Shown one piece after another: positions 21,409 to 32,742 of a DNA stretch of 35,973 bases. Numbering within the stretch: position 1 is the first letter of the stretch; the number at the start of each line of letters is the position of its first letter. The stretch is from Octopus bimaculoides (taxonomy: Eukaryota). Below the pieces are notes generated by a model. It did not search any database, was not told the origin of the DNA, and saw only the letters and a list, made by a program, of their open reading frames with translations. The stretch is from positions 33,559,161-33,595,133 of the forward strand of contig NC_068999.1 of the NCBI RefSeq assembly GCF_001194135.2, in the 5' to 3' direction. The position numbers and the translations under genes are program-made.

Positions 21409-23234
21409 TCTATTGTTGACCTCCTCACCATCTACCGAAACTATTTATAGACCTGTCGATATCCAGAAAGGGACCACCATACACGGCGTACATGGAACAA
21501 GCAAATTAATGCTGTGGTCATGGAGTGTTATTACTTGAGCAACCATGTAGATGAAAATGATGCTCAAATTAGGGGTTACCGACATCGTATGTATGATTAT
21601 TGGAGAGAAAAGGGATTGTTTCAACTCACGGAACCGAGATTATGTGATCAAGCAAGAGCAATAAGAAAAAAATCGTTGGTTCATAGAAGTAGAGCTCGAA
21701 GCTATCAAAAGACGGGTATTGGAAAATAGCAGCAGAGATAACGATGAAAATACAGTTCTTACTAATAAAAGTAATCTCATAGTACAGGAAAGGAGCAGTG
21801 GTAGTTTACTTGATGAGAGACATATAGATGATCTGAAAGAAGACAATAAAACTAATGGTGACATGACAGATGAACAAAAGGCAATCTAAGACAGAATAAA
21901 GGCAAGACTACAGGAGAACGATAGCGACATTATTTGCGACCTTAAAAATGTTGATCGGTGGAAATTGAACCAAAAAACGAAAAATGTCAATGAAATTCTG
22001 GAATACATCAGAACAAACATCACAGAAACAAATAATTTGATTAAGGTAGGAAGTATTGTTGCAGTAGAAAAGGTGGGTGTTGATGTCAAGAAAAAGAAAC
22101 ATAATGGGAGTGACAAAAGAAAAGATCCATGGTGGAAAAGAAGAATCCAGGCAGAGTTAGACATGCTCTCGAAGGAAATCTCTGTGTTAGACAGAAAAGA
22201 GAAGGGGAACCTTAAAAGCGAACAAAACTACAGGGCACTGAAAAAGAAGTATAATAAAGGGCCTGAAAGTGGTAACAGAGGAACTGAAAAAGCGCTTCGT
22301 TGCAAAAAAAGCAAAGATGGTAAGATACGACCAAAGAATGAAGAGTTGCCACTAGAATAGGTTATTCAGAGTAGATCAGAAGAGATTCTATAAAGAAATA
22401 AATGGAGGGTGTACAGATGAAAAGTTGATACCAAATAACATTGAAAGTCAAAGGTTTTGGAGTGACATCTGGAGAAAAGACAAGGATCACAAGAAGTATG
22501 CTGAATGGTTGCAAGAACTGAAACAAACAGTAGTCTGTCCAAAACAGACAGAACTAGTCATTTCAGTTAGGGAAGTGAAGGAAATCAGCAAAAAAAGAGC
22601 AATTGGAAGGTCCCCGACCAGATGGAGTTCAAGGCTACCGGATGAAAAGATTTGGTGAATTTCCTGCACGAATAGCTGCACAACTGAAAACCTTGTTAAA
22701 TGCCGACCAAGTAACACCAGAGTGGTTGACATTGGGTAGGACAGAGCTGTGCTTGAAAAACACCGAAAAAGCAATAAGGTAGACAATTTCAGGCTGATAC
22801 CCTGTTTGCCACTTATGTGGAAATTATTGACTGGAATACTCGCAGAGTCAATGTACGAACATCTGAAAAAAATGGAGTCCTGCCACATGAACAGAAGGGT
22901 TGCAAGCATAAGTGCAGAGGTACCAAGGATCAACTCCTGATAGACAAAACTGTACTTAGAGACTGCAAGAGGAGGAAAAGTAACTTAGCCATGTCATGGA
23001 TTGACTATCGTAAGGCGTACGATATGATCCCACATTCTTGGATTATGGAATGTATGAACCTATTTGATATTGCATCGAATGTTGAGCGATTGCTTGAAAA
23101 AAGTATGGCGAATTGGAGGACGGAACTGACAGCATACGGAAGAAGTTTAGGGACAGTAGGATGTGATTCTGAGGAAAGCAAAAGCTGGGTATGTATTCAA
23201 AAGCCGCCAACAAAAAGTCAACCATTTGATATTC
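21408..23234 (+). mobile_element. R4-clade element subfamily B, 5'/central part (N-terminal domain to mid-RT), with an internal deletion
   Basis: VMECYYLSNH...GYRHRMYDYWREKGLFQLTEPRLCDQARAIRK (typical R4 N-terminal, Myb-like region), [46 protein letters not shown]; after SLGTV it jumps to [11 protein letters not shown]...KVNHLIF, skipping the QGDSLSP motif. Confidence 0.88.
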
Positions 23235-23524
23235 AAAGGTAATGGAGATAAAGGTGTTCAAATGTCAAAAAGAAATCATGTTGGTGGGTTAGCCACCTAA
23301 TGCCAATCAACGATTCCTACATGTTTCAGGAATAGTCTGACTATTATGGGGAGGTGCTCTCTGCCTGTGGTATTTTAAGGTCTACAGGTGAATATTGAGA
23401 GTAATCCATTCAAGAAAGCCATTCTCGTCATTCTCAAGTACCTTTCAACGAATTTACTGGAGGCCAGCACTCCCCTCATCACTCTCACTTTCCTTTCTAA
23501 GTGGAACTTGAAAAGTTTGATGAC

Positions 23525-23690
23525 ATTACTACCACCACTAATACTACCACTATCACTATCTATGCTACAATTACCACTACCATCACGACCACTAATACTA
23601 CCATTACAACACACACCACAATCACTATCACCATAACACATACCACCACCATAACCATAATTGTTTAGTAGTAGTAGTAGTGGTAGTACA
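23525..23690. repeat. Cryptic (TAC/CAC)n tract followed by (GTA)n
   Basis: Direct inspection. Confidence 0.75.
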
Positions 23691-24443
23691 GAGAGGAAAC
23701 GTCACTCCTGTTGTTAGTTATTAAATGTACACAACAACTATTTGTAATATTGAAATATGGAAGAATAAAACCCACCTGGTCAGGTCTAATTTATGCATCT
23801 GACCGAATTTTTATGGCCTTTCAAGCATGTTGGCATATATATATATATATATATATATANNNNNNNNNNNNNNNNNNNNNNNNNNNNNNNNNNNNNNNNN
23901 NNNNNNNNNNNNNNNNNNNNNNNNNNNNNNNNNNNNNNNNNNNNNNNNNNNNNNNNNNNNNNNNNNNNNNNNNNNNNNNNNNNNNNNNNNNNNNNNNNNN
24001 NNNNNNNNNNNNNNNNNNNNNNNNNNNNNNNNNNNNNNNNNNNNNNNNNNNNNNNNNNNNNNNNNNNNNNNNNNNNNNNNNNNNNNNNNNNNNNNNNNNN
24101 NNNNNNNNNNNNNNNNNNNNNNNNNNNNNNNNNNNNNNNNNNNNNNNNNNNNNNNNNNNNNNNNNNNNNNNNNNNNNNNNNNNNNNNNNNNNNNNNNNNN
24201 NNNNNNNNNNNNNNNNNNNNNNNNNNNNNNNNNNNNNNNNNNNNNNNNNNNNNNNNNNNNNNNNNNNNNNNNNNNNNNNNNNNNNNNNNNNNNNNNNNNN
24301 NNNNNNNNNNNNNNNNNNNNNNNNNNNNNNNNNNNNNNNNNNNNNNNNNNNNNNNNNNNNNNNNNNNNNNNNNNNNNNNNNNNNNNNNNNNNNNNNNNNN
24401 NNNNNNNNNNNNNNNNNNNNNNNNNNATAGAGGTTTCTCTCAC

Positions 24444-24595
24444 TGTAAACAAATCCCACTTGAAGTTATAATTTAATTCTTTGCTTAAAGTTGTTGTTAG
24501 TGGTAGTTGAAGACAAGACGTTATTTCATTCATAGATCTGTTGTTAGCTTCAAGAGCAGGGTTCAATGTTCTCCACGTCGAAGCTTTAACAAAAT
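24444..24595 (-). CDS. Weak candidate internal coding exon (152 nt), product unknown
   Basis: rc TTATTGTAG|ATTTTG...TTTACA|GTGAGA; open frame (D)FVKASTWRTLNPALEANNRSMNEITSCLQLPLTTTLSKELNYNFKWDLFT; no recognised homology. Confidence 0.18.
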
Positions 24596-25226
24596 CTACA
24601 ATAACACCAACAATAACAACCCCCGTCCCCTAAAGCTTTCATAAGACTCTTTCTTGAATTATTAAATTGAAATGAAACCATCAATGATGTCACAACGAAG
24701 TGTCAAGGAAATATATTCCTTTTGTTTGGTTTATTACTGCAAGATCATTATTTTTTGCCTTCTTTTATTAATGGCGTTCTAATTACGAAATAATTAGTAA
24801 GATTTCTGCTGTATCTTTTATACTACTTTTATCTTTCTTCCTTTTTTTCTTCTTGTTATGAATTTAATTTTATGAAAATTTCAGCCAAAGATATTTAGTA
24901 GGAAAATAAAAAAATAGCAAAAAATGAATAACAAAAAAAAACAAAACAAAAGACAAACAGCATCAACATCAAACATCACCAACATAATTTACAACTATAA
25001 CATAAATTACAACAAAATATCAATAAATGAATTAAAAATAATAATTGCATCGAAAAAAAAAACAACAACAAAAATACCAAAAAGTTAGAAAAATAGCGAA
25101 GATGTGTGCGGAGGGGAGTTGGTTAAGGAGTAATTAAATAGTTGGAAATTCTATTGTTAACACGAGGCCAACATATGCATTTCCATTTTTGATTTGTTTC
25201 ACTTCATTATTTCAGCCCCAGGCTTG

Positions 25227-25298
<72 letters not shown>
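25227..25298. repeat. (CTA)n microsatellite
   Basis: Perfect run. Confidence 0.95.
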
Positions 25299-25459
25299 GT
25301 AGTTTATTTTCCTGATTTAAAAAAAAAATTGTATGAAAATTATTATATCTGTCTACAATATTTTTGCGATGAAGTTAAACGTATCCGAAAACATATTTTC
25401 TAGGTTTTAAGTTTTCTTTTTTAAAAAGCATTTTTTTTGTGAAAGGAATAGGCCTGCAT

Positions 25460-25461
25460 GC

Positions 25462-25492
<31 letters not shown>

Positions 25493-25536
25493 TGTATGTA
25501 TGTATGTATGTATGTATGTATGTATGTATCTATCTA

Positions 25537-25565
<29 letters not shown>
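25460..25565. repeat. Compound (ATGT)n-(CTAT)n-(CTGT)n microsatellite
   Basis: Direct inspection. Confidence 0.9.
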
Positions 25566-25567
<2 letters not shown>

Positions 25568-25690
25568 CTGAGTGTATGTGGATGTGTATAAGTTTGTGTG
25601 TATATGTGCGCTAGCGCTTGTGGGTGTATAACATTTATACACTGTGTGTATGTGTGTATGTGGGCGTACGTATGTATGTGTGTGTGTACG

Positions 25691-25728
<38 letters not shown>

Positions 25729-26310
25729 TGCGTGCGCACGGCGTGTGTAATAATGGAACCATATGTGGTTGTGTGTATGACAGTCAAATATAACAAGAAC
25801 ACAAGATAGGAAAAATTTAATTTTGTTTCGCGTTAAAGAGAATTGTTGAAAAAAATTAAAAATTTTCACCTCGGGGTTTCTTAAACTGTTTGGCTTAGAA
25901 AAGACATGCACAAAAGATATATACATGTATGTATGCATACATACATACAATCATAAAGGCACATATACATAAATTCTTATATATATATATATATATATAC
26001 TTACTATATATATATATACTTACTATATATATATACTTACTATATATATATACTTACTATATATATATATACATATACTTAGTATATATGTCTGTTTGTG
26101 TATGTGTATTTACATGTGTGCATATGCATCTGTGAACATATGTACATATATCTGCATGTATGCGCGTGAGTGTGTGTGCGTAGGTATGATCTAAAACGAA
26201 GAGACTATTGAAAGCAAAATCTAGATACACTCAGCTACCGCATTTGCCGTTCCTGAATCAATTAGTCCATTAGTGTTTTTGAGAGCTTCCCAGCCGCATC
26301 AACTGCATAA

Positions 26311-26362
<52 letters not shown>

Positions 26363-26373
26363 TTACAAATAAT

Positions 26374-26440
26374 CTTTTCTACTCTAGGCATAAGGCCCGA
26401 AATTTTGGTGGAGGGGTCCAGTCGATTAGATCGACCCCAG
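26374..26440 (-). mobile_element. SINE family 1 3' fragment, tail type b
   Basis: rc CTGGGGTCGATCTAATCGACT...GGCCTTATGCCTAGAGTAGAAAAG, followed on the sense strand by ATT/(AGT)n. Confidence 0.8.
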
Positions 26441-26673
26441 TTATTTCTTTATTGCCCACAAGGGGCTAGACATAGAGGGGACAAACAAGGACAGACAATG
26501 GGATTAAGTCGATTACATCGACCCAGTGCCTAACTGGTACTTAATTTATCGACCCCGAAAGGATGAAAGGCATAGTCGACCTCGGCGGAATTTGCACTCA
26601 GAACGTAGCGACAGGCGAAATACCGTTAAGCATTTCGCCCGGCGTTGTAAAGATTCTGCAAACTCGCCGCCTT
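26441..26673 (-). mobile_element. SINE family 1 full copy, tail type c
   Basis: rc AAGGCGGCGAGTTTGCAGAATC...GAGTGCAAATTCCGCCGAGGTCGAC...TCCTTGTTTGTCCCCTC...CCCCTTGTGGGCAATAAAGAAATAA. Confidence 0.88.
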
Positions 26674-26702
26674 TTAATAATAATAATAATAACAATACTA
26701 AT

Positions 26703-26927
26703 GGCTTCAAATTTTGCCGCAAGAGCAGTAGTTTGGGGGGGGGGAGGGGGACTAGTCGATTACATCGACCCCCAGCGTTCAATTGGTACTTATTTTATCG
26801 ACCCCTCGAAAGGGTGAAAGGCGAAGTCGACCTCGGTTGAACTTGAACTCAGAAGGTCTTTTAAGACGGACGAAATGCCGCTAAGTATTTCGTCCAGCGT
26901 GCCAATGAATGTGCCAGCTCACCGCAT
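26703..26927 (-). mobile_element. SINE family 1, tail type a
   Basis: rc GCGGTGAGCTGGCAC...GAGTTCAAGTTC...GCGGCAAAATTTGAAGCC. Confidence 0.85.
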
Positions 26928-27020
26928 TTTAACTATAACAACAACAACAACAACAACAACAACAATAACAACAACAACAATAATAATAATAATAATAACA
27001 ATAATAATAATAATTATAAT

Positions 27021-28569
27021 AGTGAAAAGATTAGAAAACGACGACATTCCCACAAAAAGCCTACATGGCAAGAGCGTATTACCAAATTCAGCTACTTAAG
27101 TCTGACATAGAATGTTCAAAAAACATTGTTTGACAAGAATATCAAACCAACAAAAATCCGAAAATTAAAGAAAAAATATAATATGAAAACACCGTACTTG
27201 ACATCGGTACCACCATAAAAACTATCAAGCAAAAGGTATGTGCTAAAAGCTGCCCGCATGGCATGATATGAAAAGTGCGTTAGAGCTGCTAACAAAACTT
27301 TACAACAATGTTTTGCAACAACCTAGTAGGATTCCCTCTTGGCTAGTTAATGGTGTTGTATTCTTACTTCCAAAAATGAAGAAACAAATGAACCCAAAAA
27401 TTATAGACCCATAACCTACTTAACAATAATGTATAAAAATACTAACATCAGTCGTGACTGAATATACTTAGAGTTTTTTAATAGAAAGTGGCATATTCCT
27501 TAATGAACAAAAAGGATGTAAACGTGGGTCCTATGGTTGCAAAGATCAGATGCTCATCAATAAGATGATCTTGGAAGATTATCACAAACAACACAAAAAA
27601 CTTATGGATAGCCTGGATAGACTATAAAAAAGCTTTTGATAGTCTACCACATAGCTGGATTAACAAATGACTGGAAATGTATAAAGTAGCCCCTGCTCTG
27701 TGAAACTTCTTGCCTGTAATTATGAGATCACGGAGAACCACACCGACTTTGAACAGTGATAATGAATCTCTCAATGCTAGAGATGTAAGAATTTCATGTA
27801 GCATTTTCCAGGCTGACTCTCTATCACCAATCCTCTTTTGTTTAGCTTTAATACCTCTTGCGAAATTGCTCGATGATGTACAATACAGCTATAAAATGTT
27901 TGATAAAAATATAAATCATCTCATTTACATGGATGATATAAAGCTATTTGCAAAAAATAAACAACAACTACAGGGCTTACGAGCGATTGTTAAACAATTC
28001 AGTGATGACATCAGGATGCAATTTGGCCTCGATAAATGTGCAAAAGCTACATTTATCAAAGGAAAAATGACACAAACATCCAACGTTAATCTTGATCAGC
28101 AGAATGTCATAAAGGAATTAGAACCAGCAGAGAGCTACAAATACCTAAGGGTATTAGAAGGTGATGGAATCAAACATTCAAACATTCAATGATGAGGAAA
28201 AGGATAAGAAGAGAATGTTATCGCAGGGTAAGAGCAATACTCAAGACAGAGCTGAATGCAAGAAACAGGATCGAAGCGATCAATACTTTAGCCATACCAG
28301 TCGTGACTTACAGTTTCAATATCGTTAACTGGTCAATTACTGAAATATGTAATCTTGACAGAAAAATATGAGAGGATGGCCATGGACTTTTACATCTGGC
28401 ATTAACAATGAAGATTGCCACAATTGGCCTAGACACCTACCTGAAAAACTCTGATGACTGGATCTTAAAACTTGTCTGAAAGCATGAAAATAAGAAAGCA
28501 TCATATTCAGAATCAAAACAGGCAAAGCAATATCTAAGTGAATTCCAAATACAACAAATTCCAGAATTA
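27021..28569 (+). mobile_element. R4/Dong-like element subfamily A, central RT fragment (copy A3)
   Basis: PKNYRPIT, EQKGCKRGSYGCKDQMLINK, KAFDSLPHSWI, SIFQADSLSPILFCLALIPL, HLIYMDDIKLFAK, MQFGLDKCAK, YKYL, RNRIEAINTLAIPVVTYSF; the last ~200 bp are homologous to 20109-20309; starts right after an (AAC)n(AAT)n array. Confidence 0.92.
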
Positions 28570-28668
28570 CTTTTGTGACCTGAACGCCAATTTTTTGAAA
28601 CTGATTTATTTTCCATTACATTTCTGATAGATTCAGCGCCGAGCTGCTAAAGCAGAAATATCATTATA

Positions 28669-28830
28669 GGAAATATTCTACTCAATACTACAGATTTACT
28701 TGTCAGTTGCTTGACCATAACGACTTGAGCTTGTCTCTTAGTGGCTGACAATATGTGCATCTCTGATCATGTGCAGGAGTTGTGGGGGGTGGGACCATAG
28801 CCATGTGTTGAGAGGGATTCTTTGGGGGTT
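28669..28830 (+). mobile_element. Family 3 internal fragment
   Basis: AAATATTCTACTCAATACTACAGATTTACTTGTCAGTTG...GAGAGGGATTCTTTGGGG matches rc of about 11700-11860. Confidence 0.8.
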
Positions 28831-29337
28831 TAAATAAAGATCATAACAAAAGTAAATTTCGAAGGAAATATTGGCCATTTTTCATACTTTCTAGGAGTAA
28901 GTAAAAAGGAAATAACAGTTGCTACCCAAGGACAAAAGTCGTGTTACACGGGGCTATTTAACACGGCCTACTGGATATTCAGTCTGTTTTGGAGACCGTA
29001 CGTTTTAGAGAGAAGGAGAGGAAGACAAAGAAGAAGAGAGAGACATAAAAAAGGAGAGAGAGGGAGAGTGAGTGAGAGAGGGGAAAATATGTGGAGGGGA
29101 GTGAGAGGAAGAGAAAAGTATTAAAGTGAAGGAAACATTAAAATGTCTGTCAAAGAAGTCAGCATCGAATCAGAGACCGAAATAAGTGGTGCCAAAACAG
29201 GTTTTCCAAGACACCTCATACCTGATATATTAATAAACTTGATTATAGAACAATACAAGCACAAATTTTCTTCCAATGATACAACATATACCACATCCAG
29301 TAAAAACGCACGCGCACACACACACATACACACACAC

Positions 29338-29524
29338 CTGACAGAATCGCAAGCATGCTGAGCAAAATGCTTAGCAGCATTTCGCCTGTTTTTACGTTCT
29401 GAGTTCAAATTCCGCCGAGGTCCATTCAGGGTTGATAAAATAATTACCAGTTGAGTGCTAAAATCGCTGTAATCAACTTACCCGCTCCTCCGAACTTGTT
29501 GCCTTAGTGCCAAAATTTGAAATC
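29338..29524 (+). mobile_element. SINE family 1, tail type a (internally deleted)
   Basis: CTGACAGAATCG...GAGTTCAAATTCCGCCGAGGTC...GTGCCAAAATTTGAAATC. Confidence 0.85.
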
Positions 29525-29770
29525 AATATACAACAAGAACAAAATGCTCTTTGCATACAAAGAGAACGAATGCGTTCCGGAAAAAAAATCCTAAAACAGA
29601 ACACTTAACCACAAACACAATGCTGTGGTTTTAAGTTAAACATAGAGGACAACAAGAAAATATGAAAATCTTTAATAAACGAAATCAAAGCGTGTCAGCG
29701 TGTGTCTGTAAACAGGCATATATACTGACGCATGCATACATGCGCGTGTACTCACACAAGTACATATACT

Positions 29771-29864
29771 GTGTGGTAAGAAGCTTGCTTCCCAACCTCA
29801 TGCTTTCAGGTTCAGTCACACTGTGTGGCACCTTGGGGCCGACCAAAGCCTTGTGAGTGGATTT
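29771..29864 (+). mobile_element. SINE family 2 head (deleted), running into (AT)n and a gap
   Basis: GTGTGGTAAGAAGCTTGCTTCCCAACC...GGTTCAGTC...GGCCGACCAAAGCCTTGTGAGTGGATTT. Confidence 0.82.
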
Positions 29865-30067
29865 ATATATATATATATATNNNNNNNNNNNNNNNNNNNN
29901 NNNNNNNNNNNNNNNNNNNNNNNNNNNNNNNNNNNNNNNNNNNNNNNNNNNNNNNNNNNNNNNNNNNNNNNNNNNNNNNNNNNNNNNNNNNNNNNNNNNN
30001 NNNNNNNNNNNNNNNNNNNNNNNNNNNNNNNNNNNNNNNNNNNNNNNNNNNNNNNNNNNNNNNNNNN

Positions 30068-30345
30068 ATATTTTATATATCCCTTCATCGGAGACGGTGC
30101 GAGAAAATGGTTAAGCAATAGTTGTTGGAACTTAAACACAAGGCACAGGAAACTTATATGTATACCATTCTGCTCAAATAATGGAACTGCAGATACAATA
30201 TCCCCGCATATCTCATGTCTGTTTTCATTCTTCCACTTCACTCTCTATTTCATATCTTCTCTAGAATAACTATTGCCTAACCATTTTCTCGCACAGTCTC
30301 CGATGAAGGGATATATAAAATATCCCGTTTAAACAGCTGTAAGAC
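30068..30345. repeat. 59-bp inverted repeat (30068-30126 / 30265-30323) carrying a degenerate hammerhead; probable Penelope-type terminal repeat remnant
   Basis: Arms differ at 3 of 59 positions; the left arm is cut by the N gap. Confidence 0.85.
30296..30345 (+). ncRNA. Degenerate minimal type I hammerhead motif
   Basis: GUCU-CCGAUGA-A-GGGAUAU(AUAAA)AUAUCCC-G[UUU]AAA-CAGCU-GUA-AGAC: stem I 4 bp, stem II 7 bp, palindromic stem III ACAGCUGU; U4C change and a UUU insertion in GAAA. Confidence 0.7.
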
Positions 30346-30714
30346 CTCTTTATAAATGTTCCTAAATCTTTCACAGCCTTGGATCATTTTATCTCATTCT
30401 GTTAATTTTTATATAGGTGCATGCTAATACACGACCTACGTTAGGCTCCTCATTCGTATCATTATCAAACCTGGAGGTTAACTATAGTCTGTCCATAGCA
30501 CTTACTCAGCATTACCTGACACCTTTGGGTCTTCTTGACACCATTACCTCCCATAACCTCAATATATGTGTGTGTATATATATTTATATNNNNNNNNNNN
30601 NNNNNNNNNNNNNNNNNNNNNNNNNNNNNNNNNNNNNNNNNNNNNNNNNNNNNNNNNNNNNNNNNNNNNNNNNNNNNNNNNNNNNNNNNNNNNNNNNNNN
30701 NNNNNNNNNNNNNN

Positions 30715-30754
<40 letters not shown>

Positions 30755-31109
30755 GTGTGTGTGTGTCTGTGTATATATAGTCGTATATGTGTTCATTTGA
30801 CCGTTGAACCGTGATCTTACGATTTATATAAATGCGCTTAAAAGCATTTATAATAAGACACGTCTTCACATCAACACTCGTATTCACATAAATACGCACA
30901 CACACTCTTCCTGCCTCTGTGTGTGTGCCTGTGTGTGTGTGTATGTATATATTCACACTCATTATATACACTAGATAGACAATCTAACCCACCATATATT
31001 GAATTATCATCCCATACAAACTATTTTATCCATAATTTGATAGTTCATGCCAAAAATATTTATTGTATTCCATACTTGACTGCTTTCCACCTTGTTGGCT
31101 GATACTTTA

Positions 31110-31313
31110 TTGTCGCAATCGTCGCTGTTGTTGTTACTGTTGTTTCACCCGTGGTTGTTATTGTTGTTGTAGTTGATGCTGCTGCTGTTGCAATTATTTT
31201 CGTTACTGTTGTTGGTGTTATAGTTGCTGTTGCTGTAGTTGTACTACTATTGCTGTAGCTGTTACTTCAAAATTTTGCTGCTGTTGTTTTTCATTGTTGC
31301 TCCCTGCAATATT

Positions 31314-31345
<32 letters not shown>

Positions 31346-31430
31346 GGTGGTGGTGATGACAGTGGGGATGGTGGCGGCGGCGGTGGTGGTAGTAGTAGTA
31401 CGAGTAGTATTAATAGTATTTGTTGTTGTT
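31110..31430. repeat. Cryptic trinucleotide tract (GTT/GCT/GTA/GGT)n
   Basis: Direct inspection. Confidence 0.8.
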
Positions 31431-31780
31431 TTTGCCACTTGTATTATATACGGAAACTGTCACTAGTTTCCAGGTTGACGGGTACAACGTACACGGATGG
31501 CTGAGGTCCCCGGTTTCGTTCTATTTGAAATGATAACAAGCCAGTGTCAGAGAGTGTGTATATCTATGTACGAATCTGTGTGTGTGTGTGTGTGTGTGCG
31601 AGGAGGGGTGTATTTGTGTGTGTGTGTGTGTGTGTGTATGTGTGTGTGTGTGCGAGTGTATGTATGTGTTACGTACCTGTAAAAATGATAGTATATGCGT
31701 GCCATTGTCTATGTCACGAACTTATGTATATGTACGACAGCTTCCGTGATCACGTTCATTCACACATAAAATGTACGCTA

Positions 31781-31782
<2 letters not shown>

Positions 31783-31853
<71 letters not shown>

Positions 31854-31870
31854 ACACACACACACACACA
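31783..31870. repeat. (CA)n microsatellite
   Basis: Direct inspection. Confidence 0.95.
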
Positions 31871-31996
31871 TATATGTATGTATTTGTATATATGTTTATC
31901 TAAATATATAAATTAAACACACACATACACTCATATTTATGAATACATACCTCTGTATATGTATGTATTCATATATATGTATGCATGCATGTATCA

Positions 31997-32043
<47 letters not shown>

Positions 32044-32498
32044 CGTGTGCAGGCAAATGTCTATTATAACATGTGTGATGGAGTGGAACGGACGAATATT
32101 ATTTGACGCAAACTGCACCCAGATAACACTAAAGTGGGAGGGTAAAGAAGAGGTGGTAGGAGTTCGCTATATGGTAGCAGGAGTTTGGGTTGATAAGTTC
32201 CAGAGTATGTATGTGTGAGTGTATGTGTGTTTTTCATTGTGTGTGTGAGTGATATAGTATTTATATATCATTCACGTGACACGAATCTCTCCTCCTCATG
32301 CTACTACTTCTTTTTTTTTTATATATATAAAAGAATTTTCATTGCGTATAAACGTAATTATTTCTTGTTCAATGTGAATCGTAGAGGGAAGGTTCGGATC
32401 CAGTTAAAATCTAACATTCTGTTTTAGTTTTATGAATATATGGTTCAAATGTACTGAGAGCAGAAGTCAGAGACAGGTGAGAGAACAACAAGCAGGTG

Positions 32499-32532
32499 TT
32501 TGACGTTTCGAGCCTACGCTCTTTTACAGAAA
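32499..32532 (-). ncRNA. Degenerate minimal hammerhead-like motif
   Basis: rc UUU-CUGUAAA-A-GAGC(GUAG)GCUC-GAAA-C-GUC-AAA; core CUGANGA altered at A6 and G8. Confidence 0.45.
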
Positions 32533-32742
32533 AGGATGACAGGAAATCAATGGAGAAAGAAAAAAATCGGAGAGAGCAAAAAGTTGTGGAGAGAAAAGAA
32601 TCGTGTCGGAATTAATGGTTTCACATGTTGAAATAGATTTTTGTATTTCCATCATCTGTGGAGCACAAAACAGGTTTACAATTAGTTAAAAGTTCATTTC
32701 TGCATCTTTATCCTATACTTTGCTTTGACGATTAATACAGAT

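Noticed and set aside
29143-29361. 72-aa ORF with AAAATG start after a GA-rich leader
   Set aside because: Short, runs into a CA repeat and SINE, with no recognisable domain or support
32045-32210. Open frame ending at CAGA|GTATGT as an exon
   Set aside because: Acceptor is preceded by (AG)n instead of pyrimidines, and GTATGT is part of the local microsatellite
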